Part shown: piece after piece, positions 44,248-57,682 of the stretch
Layout of the letters: each line of letters begins with the position of its first letter
Numbering within the stretch: position 1 is the first letter of the stretch
From: Zancudomyces culisetae HAW-14-8
Lineage: Eukaryota; Fungi; Kickxellomycota
Assembly: GCA_052426225.1 (NCBI GenBank)
Contig: JBNJNM010000012.1
Coordinates: forward strand, 1,922,001-1,986,000
Direction: 5' to 3'
Length of the DNA: 64,000 bases
Program-made: the position numbers and the translations under genes
Notes under the pieces: model-generated
What the model was told of the DNA's origin: nothing
Seen by the model: only the letters and a program-made list of their open reading frames with translations
The model's database searches: none

Positions 44248-45605
44248 TTTTACATTTCTACTTGATAATAGAGTATATGTATCTGTTTTATGTTTTAATT
44301 AATGTGGTTGTATAACCACAAGTATACTTGGATAGATGGTACACAAATAGAATTCATGAAAAAACAACATAGCAACAGCATAATGGAGGTTTTTTTTGAA
44401 TTTATTACGTTCATATTAGTTTGGACTTGGCCCATGTAATTTTGTTTAGATAATATACTTGTTACCCAAATCTCAAGCCACATTTTACAAATAACGTGAA
44501 TCAATCATCAATTTACAAAATACCGGTAATAACAAAAAGTGTTATTTCGGTAGTAACAGTTCTTGATAATATGAGATTGTCAGTATTAGCAGCGTATTAT
44601 TTATAAGGCAAAGCTGTTTTGTTGTCAGAGATACCCAAAGAGAAAATCTCTATTATGGCACAAATTTAAACATGATTTTGGAAGCGTAAGCGCGGGTGTA
44701 CAATCTATAAAGCTTTGAACCGGTTTCTTTGTTTAAGAAGAGTGCGTTACATAGCGAAATGTTCACTTAACCATCTTTCAAACGTACATTCCTGGTGCAT
44801 AAAGTATGTACACAGTGGTATGTCTATGTTTATTTTTCGGCAAAAAACATCCTTGTCTTAGCCAAGTTTACCACACGGGACCTGTGTGGTGAATGTGACT
44901 TTTGCGCATTATTTCGGTTGTATGTAGATGAGTACCCGCACGTTAGTCAAGCCCAGATTATTTACATGTGTTATTTGATCTCTGGGATTCAAATCGTCAC
45001 TAGAGTGTGCGGAAATAACACAAAGTAACAGATGGTTGGTATAAAAGAGGCAAGTACGCCACAATAAAATAGAGCATTTTTTTTTTCGCGAAAAATTCCA
45101 GCGGACAGATAAACGTTTTTTTTTTAAAGCGAGCTGGTAATTCCGTGTTGGGTTTGTGTGCATGAATTTTGCTCATATACTACTTTTTTCAAACCCTAGC
45201 TGAATGTGAAATTTTTAGCATAAAATTTTTTTTTTAGGCAAAGCTAATGCCAAAATGCTGGAAAAAGAAGCATATGTGCGGAAAACAACCCTCGCATCAG
45301 GCGACAAATGAGAATCACTAATAGAGCTGTTTGAAGGATAGCCAGCCCATTCCGTCATTTCGCCATTTTATCCATTTATCATCAAACTTGGTTTGATTTT
45401 CAATTTTCATTCGCTGCTGCTTTAAATGTCAAATATTTACAATAAAAAAATTAAAAAAATTAAAAAAAACTGTATATAGAAAAATAGGGAAATAAAAAAG
45501 TAAAAAATATATAAACTGACTAAAAAATTTTTATAAACATTTATTTATTTTTTGTTCATTAAGAACCAAGTTTCATAGTTTACAAAGTTCACAGAATTCG
45601 CAAAA

Positions 45606-46904
45606 ATGAAGGGAAACTTCAAGGTAGCTGATATCGGTTTGGCCGAATGGGGTCGCAAGGATATTGTCATGTCAGAAAATGAGATGCCAGGATTGATGAA
45701 GATCCGTGAGAAGTATGGCGCATCAAAGCCATTGAAGGGTGCAAGAATTGCAGGATGTCTGCATATGACAATCCAAACAGCAGTGCTTATCGAAACCTTG
45801 GTTGAATTGGGTGCTGAGGTAGCATGGAGCTCCTGTAACATCTTCTCAACACAAGACCACGCCGCCGCCGCAATTGCAGCTACTGGAGTCCCAGTATTTG
45901 CATGGAAGGGAGAGACCGAGGAGGAGTACTTGTGGTGCATTGAGCAAACACTTCACGCTTTTGATGGAGGAAAGCCACTCAACTTGATTTTGGATGATGG
46001 TGGTGATCTCACAAACCTTATCCATGATAAATACCCCGAACTCCTCAAGGGCATTAAGGGTATCTCAGAAGAGACAACCACTGGTGTTCACAACCTTATC
46101 ACAAGATTCCAACAAGGAAAGCTTGGAGTTCCAGCAATCAACGTCAACGACTCAGTTACCAAGAGCAAATTCGACAACTTGTACGGCTGCCGTGAATCCT
46201 TGATCGATGGAATCAAGCGTGCTACTGATGTCATGATTGCAGGAAAAATCGCTGTAGTTGCAGGATACGGAGATGTAGGAAAGGGATGCGCTGAGTCTCT
46301 TAGAAACATGGGTGCAAACGTCTGGGTTACCGAAATTGATCCAATCAACGCACTCCAAGCAGCAATGCAAGGATACAGAGTCACCACCATGGAAGAAGCA
46401 GCACAATTCGGAAACATTTTTGTAACAACCACCGGAAACAGAGATATCATTGTTCAAAGACACTTTGAACAAATGCCAGAGGACGCAATTGTGTGCAACA
46501 TTGGTCACTTTGATGTCGAGATTGACGTTGCCTGGTTGAACGCCAACGCAGCCTCCGTTGATAGAGTCAAGCCAGGAGTTGACAGATACACCATGGCCAA
46601 CGGACGCCACGTAATCCTTCTTGCTGAAGGTCGATTGGTCAACTTGGGATGCGGAACTGGACACCCAAGCTTTGTGATGAGTTGCTCATTCTCCAACCAA
46701 GTCTTGGCTCAAATGTCATTGTGGAAGGAATCAGATAAATACCCACTTGGCGTTCACGTACTTCCAAAGGTTCTTGACGAAGAAGTTGCAGCCATGCACT
46801 TGGAGAAACTTGGTGTTAAGCTCACCAAATTGACTTCAGCTCAGGCTGAATACTTGGGTCTTAGCCCTGAGGGTCCTTACAAACCAGATACATACCGTTA
46901 CTAA
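45606..46904 (+). CDS. SAH1: S-adenosylhomocysteine hydrolase
   Basis: [46 protein letters not shown], terminal YRY. Confidence 0.98.
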   Translation: MKGNFKVADIGLAEWGRKDIVMSENEMPGLMKIREKYGASKPLKGARIAGCLHMTIQTAVLIETLVELGAEVAWSSCNIFSTQDHAAAAIAATGVPVFAWKGETEEEYLWCIEQTLHAFDGGKPLNLILDDGGDLTNLIHDKYPELLKGIKGISEETTTGVHNLITRFQQGKLGVPAINVNDSVTKSKFDNLYGCRESLIDGIKRATDVMIAGKIAVVAGYGDVGKGCAESLRNMGANVWVTEIDPINALQAAMQGYRVTTMEEAAQFGNIFVTTTGNRDIIVQRHFEQMPEDAIVCNIGHFDVEIDVAWLNANAASVDRVKPGVDRYTMANGRHVILLAEGRLVNLGCGTGHPSFVMSCSFSNQVLAQMSLWKESDKYPLGVHVLPKVLDEEVAAMHLEKLGVKLTKLTSAQAEYLGLSPEGPYKPDTYRY

Positions 46905-47576
46905 TTTTATTCATCTCCTCCTTGTTTAGCATATAAATACATTTTTGCTTTGTTCCTCCTATGATGTTTTTTCTTTTCTTTTGAAGAGTAGGTTTTTCTA
47001 TTGGTATTGTAGTTAGTGATACTAAAGTAAGATTTATCTTCTAAACCAACGCTGCTACATGTTGTTACTGCTCCTGTTCTTGTTTCTGCTATTCATTTCC
47101 TATTTCTTCAGTAGACACAAGTTAGCAATTGTCTTGTACTTTAATTTTCCGCGTCAAAAGTCTAGGTTGGGAGCACTAAAATTAAACCCAAAAAGACAAA
47201 ATTTAAGCTAGACCAACCGAAATTTTGGCAAAAATGACAAAATTGTAACATTTTCTTTTTTATTTGCACAAGCTACTATATTACGCTAAAAGCGGGTTTG
47301 AAATATCATCATATACTGTAATACAGGATTTTCTGGTAGAGCATAGTTTTTGGGCGCAAAAGATATATATTGGCTTTCTAAAATCGATATTTACAATCCA
47401 CCGCTCTTTACACATCAATTAGAACACTGGAAATTCATTTTATTTTCAACTTTGGAGCTAGGTGATTTCTTAAAAGTATAAAACGAAAATTAAAGGTACT
47501 AGCAGCATACATGTAAACCCAAAAGGAAAGCAAAAAAGAAAACCAGAACAAATATCAACAATAGCAGAAATAAAAA

Positions 47577-48851
47577 ATGGTACTGCAAAACGATAGTAAT
47601 GAGTATGAACAGCGGATTAAAGAGACTTCACAAAAGGGATTATATGATATATTGCACGGATGGATATGCATGACATTCTTATATGTGTTCTTTGTTGACA
47701 AAAGCCTGAGTTTGCTGGCCTTTAAGTTTGTCGTCCTGTTTATTTTGGGTAATACGGGAGAAATGTCAAAGATAGCGCTTGTTTTTTTCACACTAGTTAC
47801 CCTAGCAACAATCTACATTCATACATTCGAACACCCTAGAAACGGAATATATGTAGATTTTCTACAAACAGGTAAGTATTCCCAAGCTACCATTAAATAG
47901 CTTACCACTACATGAACTATATATCAAAAACAATTAAAGCGTAAGGAAGGTCAAGAAATAGCCTTTTTGCATCTTTAATTTTATAAACACAGTATGTTCA
48001 TATTTAATGCTTCCGCTTTGAAACATAAAATAGAGGGTGTGAGGGTTTGGAAGTTGATAATCGTTGATTTATTAACTACAGCAGTACAATTAGTGTATTT
48101 ATTTAACAAACCAAACAGACTCGCAGTAGCAACAGAAAATGGAACAGAAAATGGTGACGAAAACACGCGGTCTTTTGGTGTTTATGATGGAATGAATTTT
48201 AGCATTGGTGTGGACCAGCTCTTCTTTCAACCTCCACAAACCACAGATATAAGAGAAGGTGGTGCTGCTGTTTCCACTACAACGGGCAATTCTCGCGCTC
48301 CTACAAACACAAACATGAATGCAAACGTGAATGCAAACGTGAACAACAACACTAGCTTAATCGTAAATGATACTCGACAAAAGGACGACAGTGCTAATCT
48401 ACAAGGAACAAGCCAACCCACCGGTTCTGGAAGCTACAGCCCTCGTCGCACGAATTTTTTTAATGCCACCAATACGAGTGCTATTCCCGGTTTCGATACT
48501 TATAGTAGTCCCAGTTCCAACATTAGCGACAAAGGATGTGTATCTAATACTCCGAGGTTGAACAACGATGCTGGTGTGAGCAAAAAAAATACAAACAGAT
48601 CTATATTTTCATCACCATCCCTCTATCATGAAGGGAACCCAAATGCTACACATTGTATCCAGAATGCTGACGCTGATGAACTAACCCCGTCACGAGTACG
48701 GGCCAAACGGGAGCTGTCGTCACTAAAACTGTCACAAGCTGTAGCAGCAGGCTTTGGAGAGGGCGTCGCCAGATCTGGCGCACCTTTTAGAGATAGTGAA
48801 GAAAGTTTCGAACTAAAGGAAACAGGTGTTAAAAACCCTTTTGTAAATTGA
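47577..48851 (+). CDS. DUF1746 (Dsc4-like) membrane protein; exons 47577-47871 and 48034-48851
   Basis: TM N-terminus with FVDKS...GIYVDFL and, after splicing, KLIIVDLLTTAVQL, followed by a disordered tail. Family assigned from remembered motif pattern. Confidence 0.5.
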
Positions 48852-49365
48852 AATCAAATCGAATTGTATGTAGAGATCAACCTGGAAAATAAATCAATAA
48901 TATAGAACATTGTTAGTCTGAATGGGTAAAGTGTATCGGCTCAGACATGAGCTAAATAAAATCAAATACTCGAGTTTGAAAATGCGATAAGTATACATAT
49001 TCGCGTTTCTGAATGAAAAATCTCTGCTTTTTATAATTTCCAATTTGGGATATTGGATTTTGAAGGATAAAAAGACGTCCGATATACACCAAGTCGACTT
49101 ATTAATTTGTCGTAGCTTCATTCTAATATTTGCGAATACCAGAAAAGCAAACATTGGAACAGAGGAGCGGCGATAAAGCTGTCCAAAAAGTGTATTCCAG
49201 TAAACTTTATTTCCCTATATTGGTATTGAAAAGATAGAAAAAAGAAAAATGGAGATGTAAACATAAATGTAAAGATAAATGTATGAAAGAAAACAAGGGA
49301 GAACCGACAAGTGTGGGGGGGGGGGGGGAGCAAGCATGAAAACAAAAATATAATGATAGAGTCGG

Positions 49366-51686
49366 TTAGAGAAGATCTATTAAATCTCCAGAAGCCTTGT
49401 GTCTCACACTAGCTGTGTTACTTGGGTTGTTGGTGTTAGTAGAGGGAGGTGTGGCAGTGCTATTGCTGAACACTGTATCAAATCCAGAATCATGTATGAC
49501 ATTGCTTTTGCTGACTGGGTTGGTTGATGGATTTGCTGAGCTGGCCGAGTTGGCTGAACGCGATGAATTTGGGGTTCCAAAGCTTTTATTTATGCTCATA
49601 ATGTCTCCAAAATCAAATGGATCATTCTTACTGGGCTGTTTAGAGCTGGACTTGCTTAAATTACCAGGTCTAGGGGTAGATTTTTGTGTATTTGTGTGTG
49701 CAAAGAATCCAGCAGCTGAAGGTGAAGGTGAGACTGAGGGCGAAGCTGTAAGATTCACATAGAGCGGATTGTTTTTCTTGGGATTTTCCTGGTGTAGGAG
49801 GTGTAAATTCAACAAGTTAATATAAATAAAATTACGCATTAAAAGTATGTTTAGAGCGAAAAAAAAGCAACTATAATATGAGAATACTTACATTGAAGCT
49901 AAGCCCAAGTAAATCATCTAGGATATTGGCTAGTGTGATGCAAATTTTTAGTAGTTAGTCGTGAATTATAGTATTGGAATCGAGAGTGGAGATAAATAAA
50001 GCACAAATTACCTGATTTGGGCTCGGATTCTGAATTGCTGTTCTTCCCATTTTGTTGGACATCGTTCTCATCGTCCTCAAGCCTTATCAAAGAATCAGCG
50101 TTCTGATCTACAAGATCTGGACGACTCTCAGGTTCATTAAACTCGGGTTTAATACCTCTTTCTACGTCATGTGCTGCTTTAATGACCTGAGGGATTATGT
50201 TGGTTAAGTAAATTAGACGATGATAAATAATAGAAATTTCGTGTTCTTCACTTTCATCAAAATCGCCTTCGCTTCGGATCTCCTGATAATGCTCCAGCAA
50301 CTCTTTAACTTTATTCTGATTGGAAACACACGCCGATAAAAGATCCTGAGCAGTCTCATCGAGGTATTGACCCGGTTCCATTACCAATATGATATCTCTG
50401 AGCAGCTCTGCCTTTGTTTCCAACCCTGAAAGCTCTTTTACAAATTCCTGGTTGTAGTCATGCGACTTGGGAGTCGATTCCTAGGTTTATTCATTTACGA
50501 TTTAGCAACCATTGAGTGAACGTAATTTTATTTTGTACTTACATATCCTGTAATAAGCTTCATTAATTTATTCGCTTCTCGTAGATCTTGTGGTGTTGCA
50601 CGTCTTAAAAGCTCCTGTAGCTTGACTTTCATAGCTTCTATATCTTCTTTTTCCATCTCTGATTGTGTCTTTATTTGCTAGTGACATTGTACAAACCGCA
50701 TTTATAAATACTTAAGCTTCCTTCTCTACCCCCTTGTCTGATATTTTGATCAAAACATAAACACAGATAAACAGTTTTTTATCAAATAAAAAAAAGTAAT
50801 GTGTTGCTTACATTTTGAGGGCCTAGGATCACGGCTGCATTACCATCTCTTATATTTGGAAACCTCCAACCCTTCCTCTCCAACAAAGAGCACATGTCTT
50901 GAATCTTAGACAGGTCCTCCTTGTACCGTGAGTTCTGGTATAGTGTTGTCCGCCATTCCTGCAACATTTCTACTATTCTATACATCACTGGGTCCATAAT
51001 CGGTGGTTGAAACTCTGGAAATTTTCGAACCAATCTATTGAGAAAATCCCTCGTAGCAATCTGGTAGTGAACTGAGTGTCCGCAATTTTTTACCAGATTG
51101 TCCAGGAGGTTTAATGCCAGCAGGGCTTGGTGATGATCGCGCGAGTTTATGTATGGAAGACATGCAAACACTGCCTCATGTGGTCTATTTAGTAATATTA
51201 TTTTGTTTTTAAATGAATTCATATTTTGCCATAATACATGCCATCAAAGAAACTCAAGCAAATAGTGATGCCAATCAAAACTCCAAAAGAGCAACGACAA
51301 ATTCATGGTAAAACCAATCTACTACTTATTCTCATACTTGGGTTGAAAGCATTTGTGTCTATGTATTAGAGAGAGTTTGAGTAAAAGTGAAATAAACGCT
51401 TACAGGTTCCCTTTCTTTCTATTAACGTATTCGCATATTTCCATGTTTAGATTCAAATCCGGCGTCGTTTTGTACTGAGCACAAGCCCGATCTACATGGA
51501 TAGTTTACAAATGTGGATGTTAATATAGTGAAACTCAATTTAAAAAACCCACATAATTGTTAAATATGGCTGTAATAAAAGCTGAAGTAGCTACAAATAC
51601 CCTAATGTACACGTACCAGTTAGTTGCTGAATCTTTGATGGTGGCTTAAATATTTCATCAATTGCACGTTGGAAATTTAAGCTCAT
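49366..51686 (-). CDS. GGA2: GGA-type VHS-GAT clathrin adaptor; exons approx. 51686-51617, 51491-51404, 51184-50812, 50677-50543, 50480-50012, 49917-49892, 49788-49366
   Basis: VHS (DRAC...PDLNLNMEICEYVN, LLDNLVKNCG), GAT (KLQELLRRATPQDLREANKLMK) and hinge DDLLGLSF closely match fungal Gga2. Confidence 0.85.
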
Positions 51687-53033
51687 TTTTGCTTTTACTT
51701 GTGTATTGCTTTTCCTTATAGTTTGGATATTTTACTAAAAATACTGTGTCTTTGTACTTTCTGATGGTTAGATGTATTTATCTTAATATCTGAATCGCAT
51801 GAATGAAGAGAGGCTTGGCTGGTTTAGTGATATTTCAAAATTAAGGAAACAAAACCAAATGGTAAATATCAACAGGGATATTATTTGCTAATAACGAAAC
51901 GTGAATTATTATACATTTTTTTTGGTTCGCTAGTTAATTTCCAAATTCAACAGACAAACTTTCAGAAATATAAAATTAACAAGGAGATACTAGGAATTAC
52001 ATTAAAATTACGCAACTAAATATGAATCTAGGGAATTGTGTGAATAGGAAAAGCGGGTGGGTTGCAATGAGATTTTTATCATTTATTCATCCTCAAACAC
52101 TAGATGAGATTGACATTGATACCAACTCCCATTAATGCTATGTTCAAGTTTGTAAATGTCATCCATGAAGAAGACTGGTAAAATAAAATAAGTATCACCA
52201 AATCGCATTCAAAATTTTCCTTACTGAGCAATAAAAATAAGTATATAGATATATATATATACAGTGATGCCAAGCACTAGTAGCACATATTGCGCAATAG
52301 GCACATCATTTATTGGTGAAGGTGGAAACACTAAAAGTATTTGTTAATGTTTTTTCATTGCAAATACGAGATATTAGCGGTTCATGATACAGAGCTCATC
52401 AGATATTAAATGTATAATCACTGTAGAGATGATGATATGTGCTTGCCAAGAATATTTCCGTCTTTAATACATTTTGGAATCCCCTTGACGCGTATACGTT
52501 TACCACTCTCTCTTTTTCTTCAATTGTCAAGCCACAGTATCGAAACTCAAGACTATAATACACTATGTTATATTTAAAATGCCAAAGCTGTCTGACTCAA
52601 AGTTAATGTATCAGGATAAGCCTATTTAAACCAAGTAATTATTAATCCAACGGATGCATTTAAGGTCTTCAAGACCCAAATTCACAATTATCTTGATGTA
52701 AATTGTAATTCTATGTACTGAAAAAAAATTCAAATGGAATATAACAGGACTTGAAGCTACATTTATCAAAATATTTATCAAAACCCTTGGTTTTTAATGC
52801 TATACACAATGTATATTATTATGAATATTAAATTATATTTGAACTATTATAAAAAAATAAAAAAGAGTCTATAATGCTAGTTTCTTTACTAACTATTTGA
52901 ATATAATAGTTATAAATAGGATTGATAGATTTAATGTTACAATTCAATAAAAGTTTAAGCTAGATAAATATAAATATAAAATATAAAAAACATGTATATA
53001 TATACTTTGACAAAATCTCATCAAAAAAAAATC

Positions 53034-53107
53034 GCTTCCATGGCGCAATTGGTTAGCGCGTCTGACTGTTAATCAGGAGGTTGCTAGTTCAAGCCTAGCT
53101 GGGAGCG
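53034..53107 (+). tRNA. tRNA-Asn (GTT)
   Basis: Acceptor GCTTCCA/TGGGAGC, anticodon arm TCTGA-CTGTTAA-TCAGG, T arm GCTAG-TTCAAGC-CTAGC. T6 follows. Confidence 0.96.
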
Positions 53108-53360
53108 ATACTTTTTTGATTTTTTCATCTTGCTGAACGATTGGCTACTTTGGTGTCGTTTTAAACTAGCGTGATTTTTAGACAATTATTGTTCAAAACA
53201 AAACACTATTCGTTAATGCAAATCGATATAGATGTTTCAATTCCCAATTTAGCAGCTAAGTCTGACTTGGAAAAATATATTTGGAAATTCAAGCTTTCAA
53301 GTTTTACATAGCATTAGCTGATTTTGATTATTGAACAAACCTGGAAAACCATATTAAAAG

Positions 53361-54971
53361 ATGAAAGACTCGATAAAGAGCCCAGCTACTTTTTTTATCT
53401 TTTTACTATTTTTTATCTTTCAGCTTGTGAATATAGAGGCTCATGCTCCTCCAAAACAGAATAAGGGAGGAAAAAATGTAGACAAATTTTGGGAAGGCCA
53501 ATTGGTTGTAGAGTTGATAGATGCCAGTATTAGCAACGCTAAGGAAAAGTCGAAGATACGCGAATTTATCGACACTTCTGTGCGGGAGGAATGTGTTGGT
53601 GCGGATTCTTGCCCAGTTTATGCTAGGATTCGCTCGGTGCTTGAGAAAAAGGACATCTCGGAAGAGGCAAAAGTGGAAGAACTGTTGGAAAATCTGAAAC
53701 AAACGAAAATTGCTGCGTTGCGTACTGGGGATCACCATCATCATCATCATCATCATCATGGACACAACACATTCCTGGGAAAGCTGAAGAATATGTCTGA
53801 AGTAGTTGGGAATATCCTTTTTGATAGTGAAAATCCTGCAAAGTCTTCGATTCTGGCTACTTTCTATATCTCACTTTTTCCAAATTTAGTTTTGTTGGTA
53901 GTGCCAAAGAATCTATCCGAGCGAAGCCTGCGCTTAATGGTATCATTTGCCATTGGTGGACTTCTTGGTGACGTATTCTTCCATTTGTTACCCCACATAT
54001 TCCACGGAGAATCACATTCCGATTCCCATGGACACGGGGATGAAGCAGTACGAAACACCGTTTTGGGTCTCGGTATATTTTTTGGATTGTTGACGTTTAT
54101 GGTTGTCGACAAAACAATGCGATTGTTTGGTGAGGAGGGCCATTCTCATTCACACGGACATTCACATGGACATTCGCATTCACATGGAAACAGCTCATCA
54201 GTCAAGACTCAAAATCCAGATGAACAGAGTAGTCTCAAGCAGAGGAAACCCAATACTCCTAAGAAATCCGGCGAACCTTCAACACAATCCGAAGAAACAA
54301 AGAGTGAAAAGCAGAAACAGGTGCAATATTCGGCGTATATGAACCTTATAGCTGATGCCTCCCACAACTTTACTGATGGGCTCGCACTCTCAGCCTCATT
54401 TTATGTATCGCCAGCAGCTGGACTCTCGACATTTGTTGCGGTATTTATGCATGAGATTCCACACGAGTTGGGCGACTTTGCAATTTTAATACAGTCAGGG
54501 TTTTCACAATTTGAAGCACTAATGTCGCAATTCATGACTGCGATTGGGGCCATGACAGGCGCAGTTGCTGGTGTGGTTATAGAGGAGTATGGTAGGGGTA
54601 ATTCTTTGAACTTTAACAATTTGATAACGTTTTCTGGACCTGTTTTCACTCCTGTCCCTGTATCCACACAGGCAAGCTCCACTGCGACACAAAATCTGTT
54701 GTTCAAATATATTTCCACTTGGGTGCCAAAGACAATTGGTGGTGTTTCATGGAGTGAACTATTGATTCCATTTACTGCTGGTGGGTTCATTTACATTGCA
54801 ACAGTTGGTGTCATACCAGACCTATTAAACCCTATAAGCAATTCCACGCATAAAAAGCACAAAAAAGGTAAAAACGGCACAGGTGATAGAAAAACTGTCA
54901 TCGCCATTCAAGAGGTGCTAATGATGGTTTTTGGTGCTGTACTTATGGCTATTATATCATTGAGTGAATAA
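53361..54971 (+). CDS. YKE4: ZIP zinc transporter, LIV-1/ZIP7 (Yke4-like)
   Basis: Signal peptide, His-rich loops, GGLLGDVFFHLLP, HNFTDG, HEIPHELGDFAIL, FTAGGFIYIA. Confidence 0.9.
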   Translation: MKDSIKSPATFFIFLLFFIFQLVNIEAHAPPKQNKGGKNVDKFWEGQLVVELIDASISNAKEKSKIREFIDTSVREECVGADSCPVYARIRSVLEKKDISEEAKVEELLENLKQTKIAALRTGDHHHHHHHHHGHNTFLGKLKNMSEVVGNILFDSENPAKSSILATFYISLFPNLVLLVVPKNLSERSLRLMVSFAIGGLLGDVFFHLLPHIFHGESHSDSHGHGDEAVRNTVLGLGIFFGLLTFMVVDKTMRLFGEEGHSHSHGHSHGHSHSHGNSSSVKTQNPDEQSSLKQRKPNTPKKSGEPSTQSEETKSEKQKQVQYSAYMNLIADASHNFTDGLALSASFYVSPAAGLSTFVAVFMHEIPHELGDFAILIQSGFSQFEALMSQFMTAIGAMTGAVAGVVIEEYGRGNSLNFNNLITFSGPVFTPVPVSTQASSTATQNLLFKYISTWVPKTIGGVSWSELLIPFTAGGFIYIATVGVIPDLLNPISNSTHKKHKKGKNGTGDRKTVIAIQEVLMMVFGAVLMAIISLSE

Positions 54972-55443
54972 AAATAACTTGAATTACCGTTTATGTATCC
55001 ATGTTTTAGTGTGCATATCTTTTTATATTGGTTTATATTGAATATAGTTTTTATTTCTTGTCCTAATGAAAATATATAACGTGAGCAGAGGATACCGAGT
55101 ATTATCTTTGGGGGCAAAGCAACAAATTTGTGTCAGAGCAGAAAAGAGTGTTTATTTGGTGAACAAAAACAAAACCATCAACTGTTTGTCTCATTAAAAT
55201 AAGACTTATCATACTTATAATATAAATGATGACCAACTAGACACTTCTCAATGTAGCCTGGCTGGTATGTTTAATAAATAAAATACGGTGAACATGTGTT
55301 AGAGGGTAAAATGAGAGGGGTAAAGGGAAATATGTTAGTAAGAAGAAAGAAAATGAAGAAATAGCAGATAAACAAAAAAAGACACTGCACTTGGCTTGGC
55401 CTATGCCCCAGACAGATGCGTTTCATATTTCAAATATATATTT

Positions 55444-55890
55444 TTACATTTTCTCTTTATTTGGTGCCGAAGAGCTGCTAGTCGGGAACTGGAGGGGTTG
55501 ATCGGGGTTTAGAGCGCTGTTATGAGACTGATCTTCTGGGAATTTTGGGGGTTCTGGGAATTTTGGAGTTTCCTGTGGTTCATTCTGTTGTTGTAGTTGA
55601 TTCTGTTGCTGTTGTAGTGGTGGTTGTTGTTTTTCTGTTTCCTGCTGTGTTGGTGGTTTTGGTTCATTTGCACTTCTTTGCTGCCCTCCACTTTCGATAT
55701 CTCTGTTTTGTTCCGGTTTCCGAATCAATATAATTATAATGGCGTGTATGATAGCTGGAATATAACCGAGAATACAAAGTATAATGTTTATGATTACTTG
55801 ACAACCGCACCCTCTTTCCATAAATACAGCTAGAGGTGGGATGAATATGGCAATCAAAACCAATATACCCTGACTTTGTTTTTCAATCAT
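55444..55890 (-). CDS. Pmp3/Sna (UPF0057) proteolipid with Q/P-rich tail
   Basis: IAIFIPPLAVF...GCG...INIILCILGYIPAIIHA. Confidence 0.88.
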   Translation of the reverse strand: MIEKQSQGILVLIAIFIPPLAVFMERGCGCQVIINIILCILGYIPAIIHAIIIILIRKPEQNRDIESGGQQRSANEPKPPTQQETEKQQPPLQQQQNQLQQQNEPQETPKFPEPPKFPEDQSHNSALNPDQPLQFPTSSSSAPNKEKM

Positions 55891-56125
55891 TTCTGATAAA
55901 TTATTTTTTGATGTATTAGTTTAACTTGGTTACGATCTGTCAATATATTTTTTGGAACTGAACGACAAAATAGTCAATTTATACAATAATATACAATAAG
56001 TTAACTTTTTTTTTTTGGTGTATGGATAGTTAAAAGCGTATTCATTTAGATATCATTATATCAACTTTTTTCTGAAAAGCAAATAAATGAACATTTTTTA
56101 ATTTAGTGTTTAAAGAAGGTTGTAA

Positions 56126-56496
56126 TTAATGACAATTTGATATTTCAATGTATATATTAGACAACATGGATATTAAAAAAACAACTGTCAAATAGCAGTG
56201 CTGATACGCTACCTCCAGAAAAAATCATTTTTTTCATAGACATCACGCGTTAGAGTATATTAAAAAGTTCAAAGCCACACATGCTCAAACATTCGGCCAA
56301 GATTATTGGCTATGGCTGTATTAAACTGAGTTTCAATTCAATTCTTTCCTTTGTCCATGAGGAGATTGAATGAAAAGAAGTACAGTAGTGCGTGTTGGCA
56401 AGACAAACAACGGTTACTAAAACAAATATAAAAATATAGATAAAAGCTAAAACTACCAATAGAGTATAATATAGTTAGGTGTAGGCCCCGAGTCAT
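56126..56496. repeat. Duplicated non-coding block upstream of Pmp3 copy 1
   Basis: Near-identical to 57683-58060. Confidence 0.85.
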
Positions 56497-56947
56497 TTAA
56501 CGAGGAAAAAAACCAAATCGGGCGAATATATGAAAATTTTGTCAATAAAGATAAGTGATATTATCGGACTACAAGGACATTATAGAAAGGTGATAGCCAA
56601 ACAAGATCTAGAGTAAGGGTGCGAGTATTAAAATTGAATCATGTTCATTTAACGAGTAAAAAACATATGCACAACTGCTTTGACTTGTAACTTCATATGC
56701 AATAATCATGGGTACATATATCTTAACATGTGTATTTATTTAATAAAAGGGTAATAACTACTAGTTATAGATGAATATGAATATTGGTTAACATGTATTC
56801 AGATAATGAGGTGTAGAAAATAAATAGTAAACATTTTATTATAATAAACCTGTATTAGATTCTGAGTTTGATGTGCTAGGGGTTTCGATCAAGCTATGTT
56901 TACTTTTTTTTATAACTATTTGATAGTCTAGGCCCATTTTTGGAGTG

Positions 56948-57334
56948 TTATGGTGCTTTCTCGTAAGTTGGAGCGCTGTAATGGGGTTGGTCGTCTGGGT
57001 ATTTCGGTGGTTCTGGGAAGTTTGAAGTTTCTTGTGGTTTGTTCTGTGGTTGTAGTTGATTCTGCTGCTGTTGTTGTGGTTGTTGTTGTGCTTGCTGGTT
57101 CTGTGATTCATTTGCACTTCTTTGCTGCCCTCCACTTTCGAGATCCCTGTTTTGTTCTGGTTTCCGTAGTAAAATAATCACAACAGCATGTATAATGGCT
57201 GGAAGATATCCAAAGAAGCAAAGCAGAATATTTATAGCTAGCTGAGCGCCACAACCATCTTCAAAATACACAGCGAGAGGTGGTATGAATATAGCAATTA
57301 AGACTAACACACCCTGGTTCTGTTTTTCGCGCAT
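56948..57334 (-). CDS. Pmp3/Sna (UPF0057) proteolipid, tandem paralogue
   Basis: IAIFIPPLAVYF...GCG...INILLCFFGYLPAIIHA. Confidence 0.88.
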   Translation of the reverse strand: MREKQNQGVLVLIAIFIPPLAVYFEDGCGAQLAINILLCFFGYLPAIIHAVVIILLRKPEQNRDLESGGQQRSANESQNQQAQQQPQQQQQNQLQPQNKPQETSNFPEPPKYPDDQPHYSAPTYEKAP

Positions 57335-57682
57335 CGTTGGTTATTTGCTTGTAAATACACTACTTGATGGTAGAGACTATTTGTAAAAATGTATCTTGGT
57401 TTTTAAATTATAAAATCGATTTACTTTTATAAAGGTACGCTTTGCCTATTCACTTGTAAATAAATAGACAATGTCCTTTTTTAGTGTAAACAGGAAAAAC
57501 GTAGAACAAATGTAGAACAGAATTTTCTATTGTTTCTTGGAAATGGTTTTTAACAAAAATTCTTGGCTAACAACAATAAATAGAATGGGGACAATAATAC
57601 TACATTAAGGAATAGAATAAAAGGTTTTGAATTGGTGTATATTTTAATAATGACCAAATCAGACTAATGAACGTGATAGTAT

